Of a stretch of 64,000 bases of DNA, positions 41,001 to 55,208 are shown piece after piece. A program made the position numbers and the translations under genes. The stretch spans positions 18,917,910-18,981,909 of the forward strand of contig NC_134031.1 in the NCBI RefSeq assembly GCF_964204645.1, given 5' to 3'. Source of the stretch: Tubulanus polymorphus. Taxonomy: Eukaryota; Animalia; Nemertea. Positions within the stretch are counted from its first letter, which is position 1; each line of letters opens with the position of its first letter. The notes beneath the pieces were generated by a model. The model was not told the origin of the DNA and did no database searches. It saw only the letters and a program-made list of their open reading frames with translations.

Positions 41001-43444
41001 GGACTGGCTATTTCTCAAATAAATTTTCGCAATGAATATCATGATAATTGATTGTGAACTAATCTTGAAGCATAGATTCTACTTTCATTAACTTTTAGAA
41101 TATCGGGATTTTCATTGTAGAATTAAAATACCACGATTCTAAATTTGCTTCAGTCTACAGTTAGAACATTTATTTCTAATGGTAAATCATCTAAGATTTT
41201 TCTTATGGAGCTGCCAAGTAACTTATCTGCTAGATAAGACTTTTTTGGCTATATCGGGTAACTTATGTCTAAGAAAACTGAACATTTTCCATAGAAATGA
41301 ATATTTATTGAAAGGTTTCTAATGCCGTGAGAAAATCAGTTTTGAGAAACGATAGTTTGATAACTGTAAAGAGTTGTCTCATCGTGGCCTATCCCTGGCA
41401 GGCAAATTCCTCAATGATGTAACCGAAGTTTATTTGTGAACCACACATCTCGGTCCTGCGGTCAAACTGATTGTTTTTATCCCTAAAGAAGTTTATTAAA
41501 CATCGACTGGCAATAAATCGATTGTTCTATTGTCGTCAAAGTCAACATTCGATGACATTTATATTTACTGAATAAATCACTGCTGTGTCAATGCTGTGAA
41601 GAATATCTCTGACCTGACTACTGCTGCCAGTTTGTCTTGATGAGACTTGTTTCTACCGTTTTTCGAGAGCTCAACTGTTCCTATCCGCTGAAAATCGAAA
41701 CTATTTCAAGTTCATTTTCAATTACACCACTATTTTTGATGTAAAATTACTCTCATTTTTGGTGAAAGCTACTACAATCAAAGATGTCAGGTACCAGGTA
41801 TCAGTCTTATATCAGAAAATCAGAAAATGTCTTGAAAGTGAAGTGATCTTGACTAGGAGTGCATGATCCAGCTTTTTAGAAATAGGATGCTATCCTTACA
41901 AGAAACAATTTTGCTTCAGCCACCATGTTGTCGATGGAAAATATATTAATTTTGACACCGGAATCAAATTTAACCTAGATCTATAGAACGTAAGGAGGTT
42001 CAGATCCTAATCAGGTATGACTAAGAGCATGCGGCTTCAGAAGTCAATCTTACCCCAGAGCGTTAGAGATGAGGAGCCGTTGACAAAGGACAATTTCATG
42101 CTTCGTTTAACTTATAACGTATTAAAGTTTAAAAGCTTTTAAAAAACTTTTACACACGCGCGCGTACATTTAAAATTGGATAAAACACCACTAGGCACGA
42201 CAGGTGTTTGACAAGGTTACTCATCAGCGCTCTAGAGAATACTGAAATATTGTTAACACTGACAACTATGTAGGCCTATATTAAAACCCTTATCCTTTGC
42301 CAGGAAGTGTCTGCCTCCTTTTGATAACTATTAACAGTATGATGAAATGGATGTTTTTCCAATGTGGCGTTATTCTTGTAAACGCTATTTTCCCGACCGA
42401 TAACTCGTTCTGATTGGTTGCTAATGTCGCACATGCTCGCGAAAAATTATCAAATAGAAAAAGAAATCATGATTTGAACCCACAATCAATGACTGTTTGA
42501 TAGTGCAGCGTTCTACCACCACTAGAACATCTGGTTATAGCTACTGGAGGAACTCATCAGTTTTATCATCGTTTTAGAGTTTTATCTACCTTTATTTGAC
42601 CCTCAACCTCAAATTTATAGAACGGCACAAGCAAAGAATGAAACTGTCACCAGTCGGGTGGTTGACACCTATGTCACATCTAAACACGTAACAGCAGCCA
42701 GCAGCTGTACCACCAGCAGCAGCAGCACCAGTTCCAGCACCAGCAGCAGCAGCAGTATACTGAACGCACTCCTCACTGGTGTAAATTAAATTTCGTTCGT
42801 GTCGACGTTTGATTATACGCCGTCTTCGAGAAATGAAAATTATCGTTATTATTTTTCGCGTCTGAAAGATGTAAAACATCTCGCGACGTGTAAGTGGCCA
42901 ATTTGTTTGAATTCTGCATCTCGCGACGCTATTCGTAACTGACGCCCGCCGACGAGGAAGATGAGGAGGATTGATCTCGGTTTCTCCGTGACTTGTCATC
43001 GTTTTAAAGACGAATTTCAACGTTTCTTTTTTTTCTGCGACGAAACGGCTTCGAATCGTAGAACAATGCCAATTTTTTTGCGATCAATTTTCTTCGCGAT
43101 GTAATTTGGAAACTTTTTTACAAAGTTCTATCGCGAGGGTAATAAGACAACTAGTTCGTCTGATTTCTGGGTGATGATAGTTTTTGAATTATTCATCTGA
43201 CACCATTTCAAGACAGCATTATTTTCATGTATCCTCAGCACACTGATGGTGAATACGGTAATCTGTCTGATTTCTGGCTGGTATAATTTTCTCATAATTT
43301 TCGGGATGAAGTTTTTCTCCATTTTCTTGCTTGAGGTCGATAGAGAAACTTCGGAAATCAAGCTAACAAAGACTTTCCCGAACTTTTTTTAGACGATAAT
43401 AACTTTCTTCTCAATTTCTTGTAGGGCTTGAACGCTATTTGACG

Positions 43445-43669
43445 ATGTCTTCTGCCTACGATTTCTGGGAGAATGTTTTGAAATCGCCGAAGTTGATCGT
43501 AGCCCCTATGGTTGATATGAGCGAGCTGTCGTTCCGTAGTCTATGCCGACGTTACGACGCTCACCTGTGTTTTAGTCCTATGATACACGCCGCGCGATAC
43601 CTTCGAGATTTCACTTACAGGCAACAAATATTCAGCACTTGCCCGGAGGATAGACCTTTGATAATTCAG
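43445..43669 (+). CDS. DUS1L: tRNA-dihydrouridine synthase 1-like, first recognisable coding exon (75 codons)
   Basis: Translates MSSAYDFWENVLKSPKLIVAPMVDMSELSFRSLCRRYDAHLCFSPMIH...CPEDRPLIIQ, with the Dus1 N-terminal motifs VAPMVD-SEL, PM-H and DRPLI-Q. It ends at a CAG|GTGAGT donor in phase 0. An acceptor TTTCTTGTAG ends at 43424, so an upstream exon is implied. Confidence 0.95.
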
Positions 43670-44288
43670 GTGAGTAACATGGCCGCCTCCTTAATCACCC
43701 TATGATATCATCAAATTGCCTACTAGATGTTCCATCTATAAACGCTTCCGGAATAAATGTTTCCCCTCATAATTCCCCCTATGACATCATCAAATTTGAT
43801 CTATATAGATCAGATCACTATTAGGTTATTTTTTTATCTCATAGGTAAAAAGTAGTTATGTTTTAGACGGGAGATGAGCTTTCGTTTTTTGAGAATATGG
43901 TTAAAGACCGTAGATTTGTTATTGTTTTCCGTAAGGAAGACCTTCCATGTATAGTCTAAAGATAGAAAACGTAATTCGTCTTTGAAATCTTTGACGAAGT
44001 CTTACAAATTGTTTCTTTAAGATATCTGTGACGATGGATAGATTTTCGCGCTAAACAAATATCCGAGACATTTCTCGAACAAAGGAAACAAAATTCATTT
44101 CAACGAATGAAAGAAAACAAGGCGAGGCGTAAATCGATTGTAACCGACGACGACGACGCTAGTGACTAACGGTCGTTATTGTTGCACCGGTCGCCGTGGT
44201 GTAATTAATGGAACATGGTTTGACGATCAGACGATAGTAATTTGCCCCGGGTCTTTTACACGTGACATGTTTTTAATCTCACTGGCGT

Positions 44289-44457
44289 GAGTACCAGTAC
44301 TACGGACTGAGTACCAGTACTACAGACTTGAGTACTAGTACTATAGAGTAACAGTACTAAGGAGTACCAGTACTACGGAGTACTAGTACTACAGAGTACC
44401 AATACTATAGAGTACCAGTTCTACAGAGTACCGCTACTTCGGAGAACCAGTTCTACG
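44289..44457 (+). repeat. Degenerate ~16-20-bp tandem repeat
   Basis: Repeated GAGTACCAGTACTAC variants. Confidence 0.85.
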
Positions 44458-47158
44458 GCTTATTGCGTGATTATATTTGAAATACCTGAGAAATCGTAAT
44501 TAATCCAATCTTTTGAGATTCATTGATAATTATTGATTGTTGGAAAAAACTGTGTCTGAAACTATGAAAAACCAATGGAATTTTTTTCTTTTGATTTTAG
44601 TCGCTGCATTGAAAAAAATAATGAATCTATGCTTTTGAATCCTTTTCCTCGTTAAGTAGCTATGGAATTTTGGAAATTTGGCTCTGATGAAGGTATGAGA
44701 AATCAAATACCGCAAACAGCATGAATTCTGCGCTGTCTGGTAAAATCTAAAAACTGCATTCCCAAACCCAGTCACTTGTTCAGATGAGAAAATGTGAAAT
44801 TTTGCATCCGCTAAAAATATCATTCATCAAACACCGGCTTGCAGGGATTGAGGAGAATTTGCTATTGTTTTCGGAGATTTTATCGTGATTGGTTTGTTAT
44901 TATAAAGTCTTAGATCCCGAAGCTGAGCGACAATAGAAGGTTTAGTCACTGGTCACGTTCACCCCATCTCTCATGTTTTCTCCTATTTTAATAGCGTTCG
45001 GTAAACGTCGCTGCTTTCTTGGCTTTTTGTGTCCGAACGTTGATGGGTCTTTCTTTCAAAAGATTGAAAATCCAGTGCAGTATCCTTGATAAACAAACGC
45101 CTCTGAATTCTTGATCGTTCAAAAATTTTTGAACAAGATTTTGAATCATTATTGTATGTAAATACAGCTGGTAGTGCGATGGTCTACTCAACGCTTTTTC
45201 CAATCTACGCAATGACAGATCATAGGCCTACAACAACTGAGACTGAGAGAGAGGGAAAAAACTGCTGAGTCACGCGAACAATAGATCAAAAATGTGTCGA
45301 CAACGTTCGTTCACCATCGCATCGCGCTCACTAAATGATTGGATGGACAAACGTGTGGAGACCGGAATAAAAACAACAAAAACATGACAACAGACGTGAT
45401 ACAACCGCGTAGAGTAGAGTCATACATCCACTACTCGATTCATCATAACTAACATTAGAACAAATCAAGCCTCGTAACTCGGTGAAATCCTTACTCCGTT
45501 TTGTATTCATGAATTCCGTCGTTAGTAGGTGTGGTGGGTTTGTGAGTGTTAGACGAAAGTGAGCGTAATCTATCAATTGAAGATGATGAAGAGTGAAAAT
45601 TCTCGTATTTAAGATGGAAAAGAATTAGGAAAAAGAGAAAAAGGAAAAAGAATGTATTTCATAGGTAGAGCTTGTTTCTGAATGTCAAACTTGATAATGG
45701 TTTCAAATCTTTGTTCACCTGAAGTTATGACATATCCTGAAGTGACTTGGAGAGTTTGGGTATAAAAATGTCCTGTCACTCACCATCATTGGATATATGG
45801 ATATATTATGCTAGATAGCTTATCATATTTCCCTTAGAAACCTGCGCTGAATTAGTTACTGCACTGAACTATAGTGTTGGATGAATTTCTTCATGTTTTC
45901 AAGGTTTGATATCGTAACAGCTTGTGACTAGCAGTACGAATACTCGGTCGTCTTTTGAACGAGTGACTGGATCCAAACTCGAATCCATCATAGTTTATCA
46001 CTATAATCATATCATTTCAGCCATTATTAGCTACAGTTCAAGTCAATCATAGGTTATTGATACATCTCTCGGGGATTACACTGAATTTCTTTCGTTTTCC
46101 CTTGCACCGACGTGTCACCGGAGTATCAGAGAGTATCGCAGAGTATCACACGGAGTATCGCGCTATCTCGCTTAAATACTCCGTAATCAATCACATACCC
46201 TCAATGAGACCAGCTCTGATCGAGTTAGCATCAACACGACTGGAAGTGAAAGGGAGAGGAAGAGAGGGGATAGAATTCAGGCTTTCAGACATCTCCGGTG
46301 AGTCTTACTATCCCGAGGAGAGGGCGAGAGTCTTTGAACTCTTAACGCTTAACTCACTATCCCAGGGCCACACTCCGCAATCAAAACTAAGCTCATAAAT
46401 CATTTCGGCTTTTTAAGTTTTATGCTCAGTTTTATGCTCATTTCAGCCTTAAATCGTTTCTGTTAAACTGAGTTCTCGGAGATCGATAAAGTTGCTTATT
46501 TTCGCGCGGAAATTTTTAATTTCGAACGCATCGTCTCTGACAACAGGAACGGGTGCAACCTCATTCGCCGAATATCTGATATATCACCACACGAGATGAT
46601 CGCGGTCGGTCGGTCGGTCGGTCGTGTCTTAATTAAAACTGTCAACCGCAAAACAATACGTCGAAAAATATGAAGTCAATCGGGTATGAAATGAACTGTA
46701 GTTTGTCTTCACGCGGGGCGGAAATAGTCGAACAAAACAGCGAGTAGTTCGCGTACGGTATCGGCGGCCGAGTAATCTCAGGTGAATTCCGAGCTTACCT
46801 CTCCGCGCAGCTGCCCGATTTAAATAACTCCAAATGAGATTTATGAGCATGAACTGAATTTATCGTTGTCAAGCATACCGCGGCGGCGAGCTCGCGTAGT
46901 TACTGAAATGTAACTAACACGGCCGGCGATGTCTCTTCGCTCATCGGCGCCTGCAGTCGGATCGTTGTGAATCGAAGATTGCGAATCCGCTGATAAATTG
47001 AATGAAGTTTACGCTATTTCAAATCTCACGGTTCCGACAGTCTCGCGTATAACTGAATTCTGAGGCGGCTTTTTAGAAGTATTTTTGCTTATCCCAGTTG
47101 GGCTTTAGCGGTTTAAGAAATATAGAATCGAATTCAACCTTAAACTTTAGATATTCGA

Positions 47159-47328
47159 GACCCAGATCCACAATTCTCATTTAAGATTCGACTCAAGAGT
47201 TAACTCATCGAAAATAAACTAATTTCAAGGCAACTGGATCCTGAGTTCAGAGTTAACTCTTACTCACAACGGCGGAACCCGATCCTGAGATCAGTGTTAA
47301 CTCAAACTCACAGCTGTGGAACTGGGCC
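47159..47328. mobile_element. Same MITE family, with a duplicated right end
   Basis: GACCCAGATCCACAATT...GTTAACTCTTACTCACAACGGCGGAACCCGATC...GTTAACTCAAACTCACAGCTGTGGAACTGGGCC. Confidence 0.7.
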
Positions 47329-49064
47329 CGTGTTGATGAACGGTATGAAATACGTTCAGATATTCACTGCCTTTTTATTCGTGAACACAACTTTTGGGTA
47401 GGCCTATAGCATCGGCCTTGAACCTTGCCTAACTGTGAGTTGAACCCTGTGTGCTGCTGACCCCTCTATTCACAATAGAAAGTGAATCAGAAAACTACCG
47501 CCACAGTGATAATGTAGTCATCATTGGGTATTTTGTAGTCATCACGGGGTATTTTGTAGTCATGTTGTTTCTGTCTTGTCATTATGAGGGTTTAATCAGC
47601 CATGAACCGCAGTCTCATCTAAACAATAGTTATAGATCGTCTTGTAGAACTGGCTAAACTGGTTCAGTTAATGACCACATTAGCTGCAACTTAACTATCT
47701 GCATTCAGTTTCAAGGTTGCGAATGTTTCTCCATGAAATACGAAGTAACTTTTTAAAGGCTTCCTGTTAGTAAAACCTGACCTCAGATCGTTGCAACATC
47801 GGGTGGGACTGATCAGGAGTATGATACCTTGTAATAAAATAGAATGCGCAGATTCAGAATTCAGAATACCTTGGAAGATGAACCTAGGACAGTGGCGGGT
47901 TAATAATGGAATCTATTGTTAAAAACAAAAGCTATTGTGGGCTAAACTTGATCTTCATCAATGTCAATTCATTTCCGACTTCCACCCAAGAATTTAGCCT
48001 TTACCCAAGAATTACGGAACTGAGTCCCGGCAAATTAGGATAACTGCTGTATGCCTTAACCCTTTCCTCTGCTACACCTTTCACCGCAGACTCTGCTTGA
48101 TTCATTTGTCAATATAATGATAAATGTAGTTGATGGATGTGAATTCGACTTTGTTCAGTCATAGAGAAGAAAAGCTCTCTCCTCCCTCTCTCCCTCCCTC
48201 TCCCTCTCTCTCTCTCTTATTCCAGGTTAATACAAATTGTCAAAAGGCATAAATCCGGTGATGATGGATAACGTTTTAAAACTTCAATAAATACGTGGAT
48301 CTTTAACCGCAACCGACCGCCGTATCTGCGCGATCCATCGCACGGGTTTAAACCTTCCTGATAGGTCGCATTGTTTCGGACGGTCGTATTTTATATCCTC
48401 GGGCGTCTTCTCGCGCCGCGCGTCTTGACATCTTATTCCGCGGTCGACGTCGCAAGTCATGCTCGCCGTGACTCAAAGACCTGTCGACGGTAAAGCGTCG
48501 TAAAGCTCCGGTTCGCGATCCTTCACCTCGCCTTATCGATAAGCATCGATAATATTCTCATTTTCGCTGAAATCGTCTCGAACTTTCTTTTGTTCGTGAA
48601 ATGATGATCGGCTCGTCGTGATCTCTTCTGAGATCGCGTCCTCGGATTGTTGAAGAATTTTATGAATAATTTGTCTCAAATTTTGTTTCTCAAGTTTCTT
48701 ATCTCAAATGAACTCAGTAAGCTCTTTTAGTTTTACAATGATTCAACTCCCTGATTAGAATAGGGGGCGGTATTGCCATTCAGAACACACTATCTCAAAA
48801 GTTGCTGAAAGTGTGGACATATAAACCAGAATACACGTCCATGGTTTAAGTGTAACTTATCCACATGTTACCAAAACTTAAACTTTCACCATCTCTACAG
48901 CAGCTTCTGTAGCCCGATATTGCTGTTGAGATGTATAATAAACTGGTATTCCTTTCAGGACCAATATTTAACCATTGGATGAATTCCATGATGCAGTTTT
49001 TATTGTCAATATGTTAGTTATCCACTAGTTAACTTTGACTCGAATCAACTTTAGAGCAACTACA

Positions 49065-49232
49065 GAAGCCCGATATTGATATTGAGATGTATGGAAGCCC
49101 GATATTGATATTGAGATATATGGAAGCCCGATATTGATATTGAGATATATGGGAGCCCGATATTGATTTTTAAATGTATGGAAGCCCAATATTGATATTG
49201 AGATATATGGAAGCCCGATTGTGATATACGGA
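49065..49232 (+). repeat. 29-bp minisatellite, ~5.5 copies (orphan copy ~48911-48935)
   Basis: Unit GAAGCCCGATATTGATATTGAGATATATG. Confidence 0.9.
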
Positions 49233-49539
49233 AGTGATGATATGTTATTTAAGTCGAGTATAATTGTGACAGTTCTCGCCTCCTCGGTTCATTGATTATT
49301 GCTCATCCGAGCCTCACTAGAACAACGTGCGAATTACTCAAACACATCGTTTGTGTGTTGTATGAACCGACTGACATTTTATGCCGCCCCTGATACACTA
49401 TATCCCCGGGGGTAGCCCCTTATTGGAATAATTTATCGGTTGTGTCTCGGTCGGTACACGGAGACCGTTGTGCGTTGTAGTATGTAGTGGTTATTTTCCT
49501 ATTGCCCTACATCGATGTTAGTAGCAATTACACAGAACT

Positions 49540-49545
<6 letters not shown>

Positions 49546-49629
<84 letters not shown>

Positions 49630-49742
49630 CTCTCTCCCTTTCTCTCTCTCTCTCTCTCCCTCTCTCTCCCTCTCTCCTCTCTCCTCTCTCCTCTCTCCTC
49701 TCTCCTCTCTCCTCTCTCCTCTCTCCTCTCTCCTCTCTCTCT
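49546..49742 (+). repeat. (CT)n and (CTCTCTC)n-type microsatellite
   Basis: Seen directly. Confidence 0.97.
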
Positions 49743-51217
49743 GTCTATTACATCATCACCTGCATCCTCTGTGTATCAATGATAAAACCACAACATTTCA
49801 TCACAAAAATCGCTTCTTTGCGCTTTACACACTAGTAGTTTCAATGTCATGTTTTAGACGTTTCAGGTCTCATATTGTAAAATTTATAATAGTTTATGCT
49901 CAGAATAAAAGCATTTTCGTAACCATTTCAGTCTATTTTCAGTCTGCATAAAAAGACAAGTGATTGAACATAACGTTTGTGTCAGTGAAAATCAATGTTT
50001 ATCCCTGTAACAATAATGGGAAAGTGAACAATTTCTCTCATACATTACGTTCCCCTGATGTTGAATACCGTCCATGTCTAAAAAGGGGAAGCAAGTTCCA
50101 CATTTCACCAGTTCGACTGCGACGAGTTATAATGAGTTCATTCGCGATGTAACTGGTTAACGAAGTTTGGCTCGATTAAAAACTGATTGTTTGAATCAGC
50201 GGCGGAGTTGTGTTTTGATGCAGAGGCGGGGTTGTGTTTTGATGTATAACTGCGCCACGAATTAAAAAACAATTAAATCGTGATCACGATTCGATAAGTG
50301 AGAATGGAGCGTGAGCGCGAGAGATACTAGCGTTAATTACTCGTGACAAAACAAAAGAAAAGGCGTTTATTTCTGCAGTGGTCGTCGAGTCGATTCTCTC
50401 CTGTAATTGTCTTAGTAAGACGTCAACTTTCACTCGCGAGAGATCATCCATTATATTTTACCTGTCAACGTCTCGCACGCGCTCGTGTATATTCAAGATG
50501 GCCGGGACGTTCACGCCGACCGGCCGGTATTGTTCCGGGGGATTATTTCCTAATTCGTCATTGTCACGTCGCGCGAGCGCTCATTTGAAATTCTAAATCG
50601 GTTTCGGTTTCGATTATGGCGTCTCGTGGTTATAATTGAGATCGCTATCGTCGCGGTGATAAATTTTTGCGTCGCGATGACATCTCATTGTACGGTCATT
50701 AGTGGACGGCGCAATAAGTCATTATGTTCAATAATTAATGGTGGTTTGCGACGATGGCCTTTTTGACCGCGTTATTATAGTCGCACGTGCGCTCGGCTCT
50801 CCTCATCTCCACATTTGACAATTGCTCATTATCGATTTTTAAGTCAAAAGATCGTCTATTTTTCTGCTCTCAGTCATCGCAGAGAGAGGTGAACGTGACC
50901 TCTCAGCGAGGTGTAGGAGACCTCCCTGGTCGTACACGCAGAATGATGACGATTGGATGGTATCATAACATCAAATGATCACTGCGCTTATTTATTTTCG
51001 ACTATGATCAAAACTATTTCGCAATCAGCAGTTTTTAAGATGCTTTTTGAGATATTTTTGTCTTCGTATGAATTTGGAAAAAAATCTCAAATTCATTTCA
51101 ACTTTCATCAACTATTCCGTAGGAAAATTCGCCTCAACAGCAACAAATTAAAATCAAACCACTACATTCCCATTGATATTAACAAAGTTTTGTACTCACT
51201 CATTCTAAGAGGCCCGG

Positions 51218-51345
51218 GGCTGCGGTTGCTCAAAAGTTGATTAAAGTTAAACAGTCGATAGTTGACATGGTGACGATTAAAAGTACATTGTTACTGTGGT
51301 ATTTATCCGCCAGTTATCTTAACAAACTATTGACCAACTGCAGCC
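51218..51345. mobile_element. MITE, third family
   Basis: TIRs GGCTGCGGTTGCTCAAAAGTT / AACTATTGACCAACTGCAGCC. Confidence 0.65.
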
Positions 51346-51621
51346 TTAGACTGTGCGTTTAACACATTACTTGGCAAACTTTTTTGAAGAGATTTAGGTG
51401 TAATAGTTTTAGTCGACCAACTGGTCGAATTCTTCCGCATTATTCATGGTATGCATTCGGTGAACAACCTCTTGCATTGTTTCACTTACAGTTGATGACG
51501 TTAATATTCTACTTGAGCGCTTTTACCACCGTCGGACTTCAGACCTCAACAACAATCATCGCATTGTTTCACTGCATCGCGATTTGACTCATCTCGATAA
51601 ATAATTGTATCATTCCACCCT

Positions 51622-51652
<31 letters not shown>

Positions 51653-52020
51653 GGCTCAATGCACGTCTCAACGGTAAACTACCTGCTGGCGTTTTAGAGA
51701 AACACATTGTCTTTTCATGGAGAAAACGAGAGACAAATTGTCAGCACGAATGGGATAAAATCTGCTGAGTCACTCACTCACTCGCAGTTCGCAACTTCTA
51801 TTGCATTTCTGTGATGGAATAAAACGCTTTATTGTTATTATCTCCGAATGTCTGCACCTGACACCGGAATCTTATCGTCGTCAGTTTTATTTCACTCTCG
51901 AGTCCCCCGTATAAATTTCAAGCTCAAATTTCTGCAGTTGTGGCTTAGCACTAGATCGAGTTTCCACTGAGGTTACGTGTTTAATTTCACCCCTGAAAAC
52001 CAGTTCCACAGACTCTGAAC

Positions 52021-52640
52021 CCAGTTCCACAGTTGTGTGGGTTTGATTTGATTCTGGACCCAGTTCCACAGTTGTGTGGGGTTGATTTGATTCTGGACCC
52101 AGTTCCAGAGTTGTGTGAGTTTGATTTGATTCTGGACCCAGTTCGACAGTTGTGTGGGTTTGATTTGATTCTGGACCCAGTTCCAAAGTTGTGTGGGTTT
52201 GATTTGATTCTGGACCCAGTTCCACTGTTATGTGGGTTTGATTTGATTCTGGACCCAGTTCCAGAGTTGTGTGGGTTTGATTTGATTCTGGACCCAGTTC
52301 GACAGTTGTGTGGGTTTGATTTGATTCTGGACCCAGTTCCACAGTTGTGTGGGGTTGATTTGATTCTGGACCCAGTTCCAGAGTTGTGTGGGTTTGATTT
52401 GATTCTGGACCCAGTTCGACAGTTGTGTGGGTTTGATTTGATTCTGGACCCAGTTCCACAGTTGTGTGGGGTTGATTTGATTCTGGACCCAGTTCCAAAG
52501 TTGTGTGGGTTTGATTTGATTCTGGACCCAGTTCCACAGTTGTGTGAGTTTAATTTGATTCTGGACCCAGTTCCACGGTTGTGTGGGTTTGATTTGACTT
52601 AAGATCCATAAGTTCCACAGTTGTGCGGGTGTGATTTAAC
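52021..52640 (+). repeat. 39-bp minisatellite, ~16 copies
   Basis: Unit CCAGTTCCACAGTTGTGTGGGTTTGATTTGATTCTGGAC. The 13-codon period explains ORFs 51887-52537 and 52033-52602. Confidence 0.95.
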
Positions 52641-53707
52641 TCTAGTTATGTTCAGAAATACTTTTTGGAACCATCCTAATACAATTCAGAGGGAGGAAAA
52701 CCTATCAATAATTGAGGAAAGCAATGTTGATGTGCTAAAGTTGTTTGAGGTGAAAAGCAGAAATTGGCAAATAACTTTGAAATTTTCATCTGAAGTAACT
52801 GTAATTAGATATTTCTTATCTATGATCGGTCATGTGAAACCATAGCAACAGCGAGTGACATTGAAAGAGCCCATTTAATTACCTGTTATAGAATTCTCTT
52901 TCAACTCGGATGGAAATTGAAAGTTAATAAAATTGCGCAGTGCCTGCCAGCAGCGAACGACAGATCCACAGGTACCGAACAACGTCTTACAAAATCACCG
53001 GTATTAGTCATCATCGTTTAAACAACATTTAAACATTTTCCTCAGAAGTATTTCATGTATTCTGAGGTCGATGCTAGAATTCGTCGATGAAATTGATTAG
53101 ACTTTAGTCTAGCTCGCGCGGTAGGTTTCACCCAGTCCTGAGAAAGGCCGGTTCGCGGAGCTCCGTATACTGCCTATACTAAAGAGCTCGCGTGGCGTTA
53201 GCAATATACCACTGACACTAAGGTTCTCAGTGAAACGGTAGGACAGCTTCGAAGAACGCTTGTTAGCAAAAAAGGTATAAACCCAACGCTGGTCTCGTTG
53301 AGCGGTATTATTTTATCCAAAATTCACAATTGTAAATGCAATATTGATGATGTAGTGCACATCGACTCACACAGAACCCTTTAAATAACTCGTAATTGGT
53401 ATCTATGTATATAAACATTTTTTGTAACGGTTTTAACGGCATCAAGAAAATAGATACCAGTTCATACAGAATGTCTGTCTTTCAGTTACATCCTGGGAGC
53501 ATAGAGATTTGCCCAACTTGGTCCATTAGGACCGGACAGCTGTGAGTGGAATTTCACTCATAAGTGGAAGATTAGTTAATTCTAAACTGCGAGATGTCCT
53601 TCATATCATTTGATATTGCATTGATCATTTTGCATCCACTGCGTTTAACCATGCAATAATTTCACTTCATTACCATTAGAGCAGATACAGCAGAATATAG
53701 ATCACTT

Positions 53708-53895
53708 GCTCTCTCTCCCTGCCTCTCATCCTACATCTCTCCTTGCCTCCCTCTTCCTACTTCGCTCTCTCTGCCTACCACTCTCTCCTACCTACCTCTC
53801 TCTCCCTGCCTCTCTCTCCCTGCCTCTCTCCTCCCTACCTCTCTCTCCCTACCTCTCTCTCCCTACCTCTCCCTGCCTCTTTCTCCCTACCTCTC
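53708..53895 (+). repeat. CT-rich degenerate repeat (CCTRCCTCTCTC)n
   Basis: Seen directly. Confidence 0.85.
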
Positions 53896-54620
53896 ATCAC
53901 ACACTGCAGTCTCCAATCCCTCACAAACTGATCATTAATCATGAAAACAATGCCTCACAATCGTGAACAACAAATGTTTTGTGTTCACACGACAGACTCC
54001 TGTTTTAGTATTGTGTAACGATGGTTGTATGAATCATGTTGTTAGCGATAACGCCAGACAACCGGTAAATCCATTAATTAAAACTCTGTTTTAATCACTT
54101 ATTGACGATGATGAATTTTCTCTGCTTATTGTCAGGATTTTTACAGGATTTATACCTCGATGATTGTTCAAGGGGTTCCACTATCGTTAGTTAGTCCGCT
54201 CTCTACCTGCAACACACCGATTTAAAACCGACTTTTCATTGAGCTGAACGCTTGGTCCATTCTTCAAATTGGAACAGGATAAATATAGAACAACGTAGTG
54301 TGAAGGCAGCTTATGACGTAACCGTATCGACAGTTTCATACTCGGTGAATGTTTGTCTCCTAGAGTTAAAACATCGGACATGAACCAACTTCAACTTTAC
54401 AGTGAAACATTACTTACAACATTGGAACTGAGTTATGTATTTCCAAAAGCTTGAAAATGTTCGTTTTAGTTATCGATACAAAATAAAATGTAGTTTTTTA
54501 CGAATTTTTTGTCCCAATTAAAAAAAAAATTCCACCTCTGGAGTTTTACCAAAGTAGCCCTCAGCACTGCTCTACTAACCTCCTAGCCTTCCCAAACTTA
54601 CCACCATAACCGTAGGTCAC

Positions 54621-54688
54621 CACACTGAGACTTGAACCTGGGTCCTTCACGCTGAAAGCCAATGCGCTAACCACTAGGCTACAGAGCT
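54621..54688 (-). mobile_element. Degenerate tRNA-like SINE head or tRNA pseudogene
   Basis: Minus strand TAGCCTAGTGGTTAGCGC (A box) and AGGTTCAAGTC (B box). The anticodon and acceptor stems do not pair. Confidence 0.6.
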
Positions 54689-55053
54689 GTGGTGATTACT
54701 TGGGTTTGATAGTTTGTCTGGTCAGTGTTGTGACCACTCAGCTCTACCGTGGTCAGGCAGCTATGGTGTCGTCAGTCAGGTTTAGGTGATTGTCATATAC
54801 TTTTTTCACTAACAAAACCTAATCATTCTCTGATTACAACAGATTCTTGATCGACCACAAACTAAGGCCGTAATTAATTTTTAAGAGAACAGACTCTCTA
54901 GTGTGTTTCATCAGAAATGAAATTATTTCACTGTATAAATCTCTTACTTTTTAATGTCATTCGACTAAAAACGTGTAAACCATTGATGAAACGCCATTTC
55001 CATGTTGACAATAGATAATCCCAAAGTAAATATACCGGTAATGAGAAAGATGT

Positions 55054-55208
55054 CTAATAAAACGTGAAAGATGAAGTCCGAAAAGTTTTCTTAAAGCTTA
55101 CAATTTATTGATTGGACGTTTCGACTATAACCTAATAGTCATCTTCAGGAATACTAAATTATTAGCTTTAAGGAAACTTTTCTGACTTCATCTTTCTTGT
55201 TTTATTAG
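55054..55208 (-). mobile_element. Family A PLE-like remnant: hammerhead motif (55111-55151) between ~46-bp imperfect inverted arms
   Basis: Minus strand CTGAAGA-T-GACTAT-taggtt-ATAGTC-GAAACGTC...AATAAA. Arms are CTAATAAAAC..GAAAGATGAAGTC.GAAAAGTTT.CTTAAAGCT and its reverse complement. Confidence 0.75.

Noticed and set aside
52021-52640. CRISPR-like regular array, or 216 aa and 189 aa repeat proteins
   Set aside because: Units are head-to-tail with no unique spacers, there are no cas genes, and the context is eukaryotic. The ORFs arise from the 39-bp (13-codon) period.
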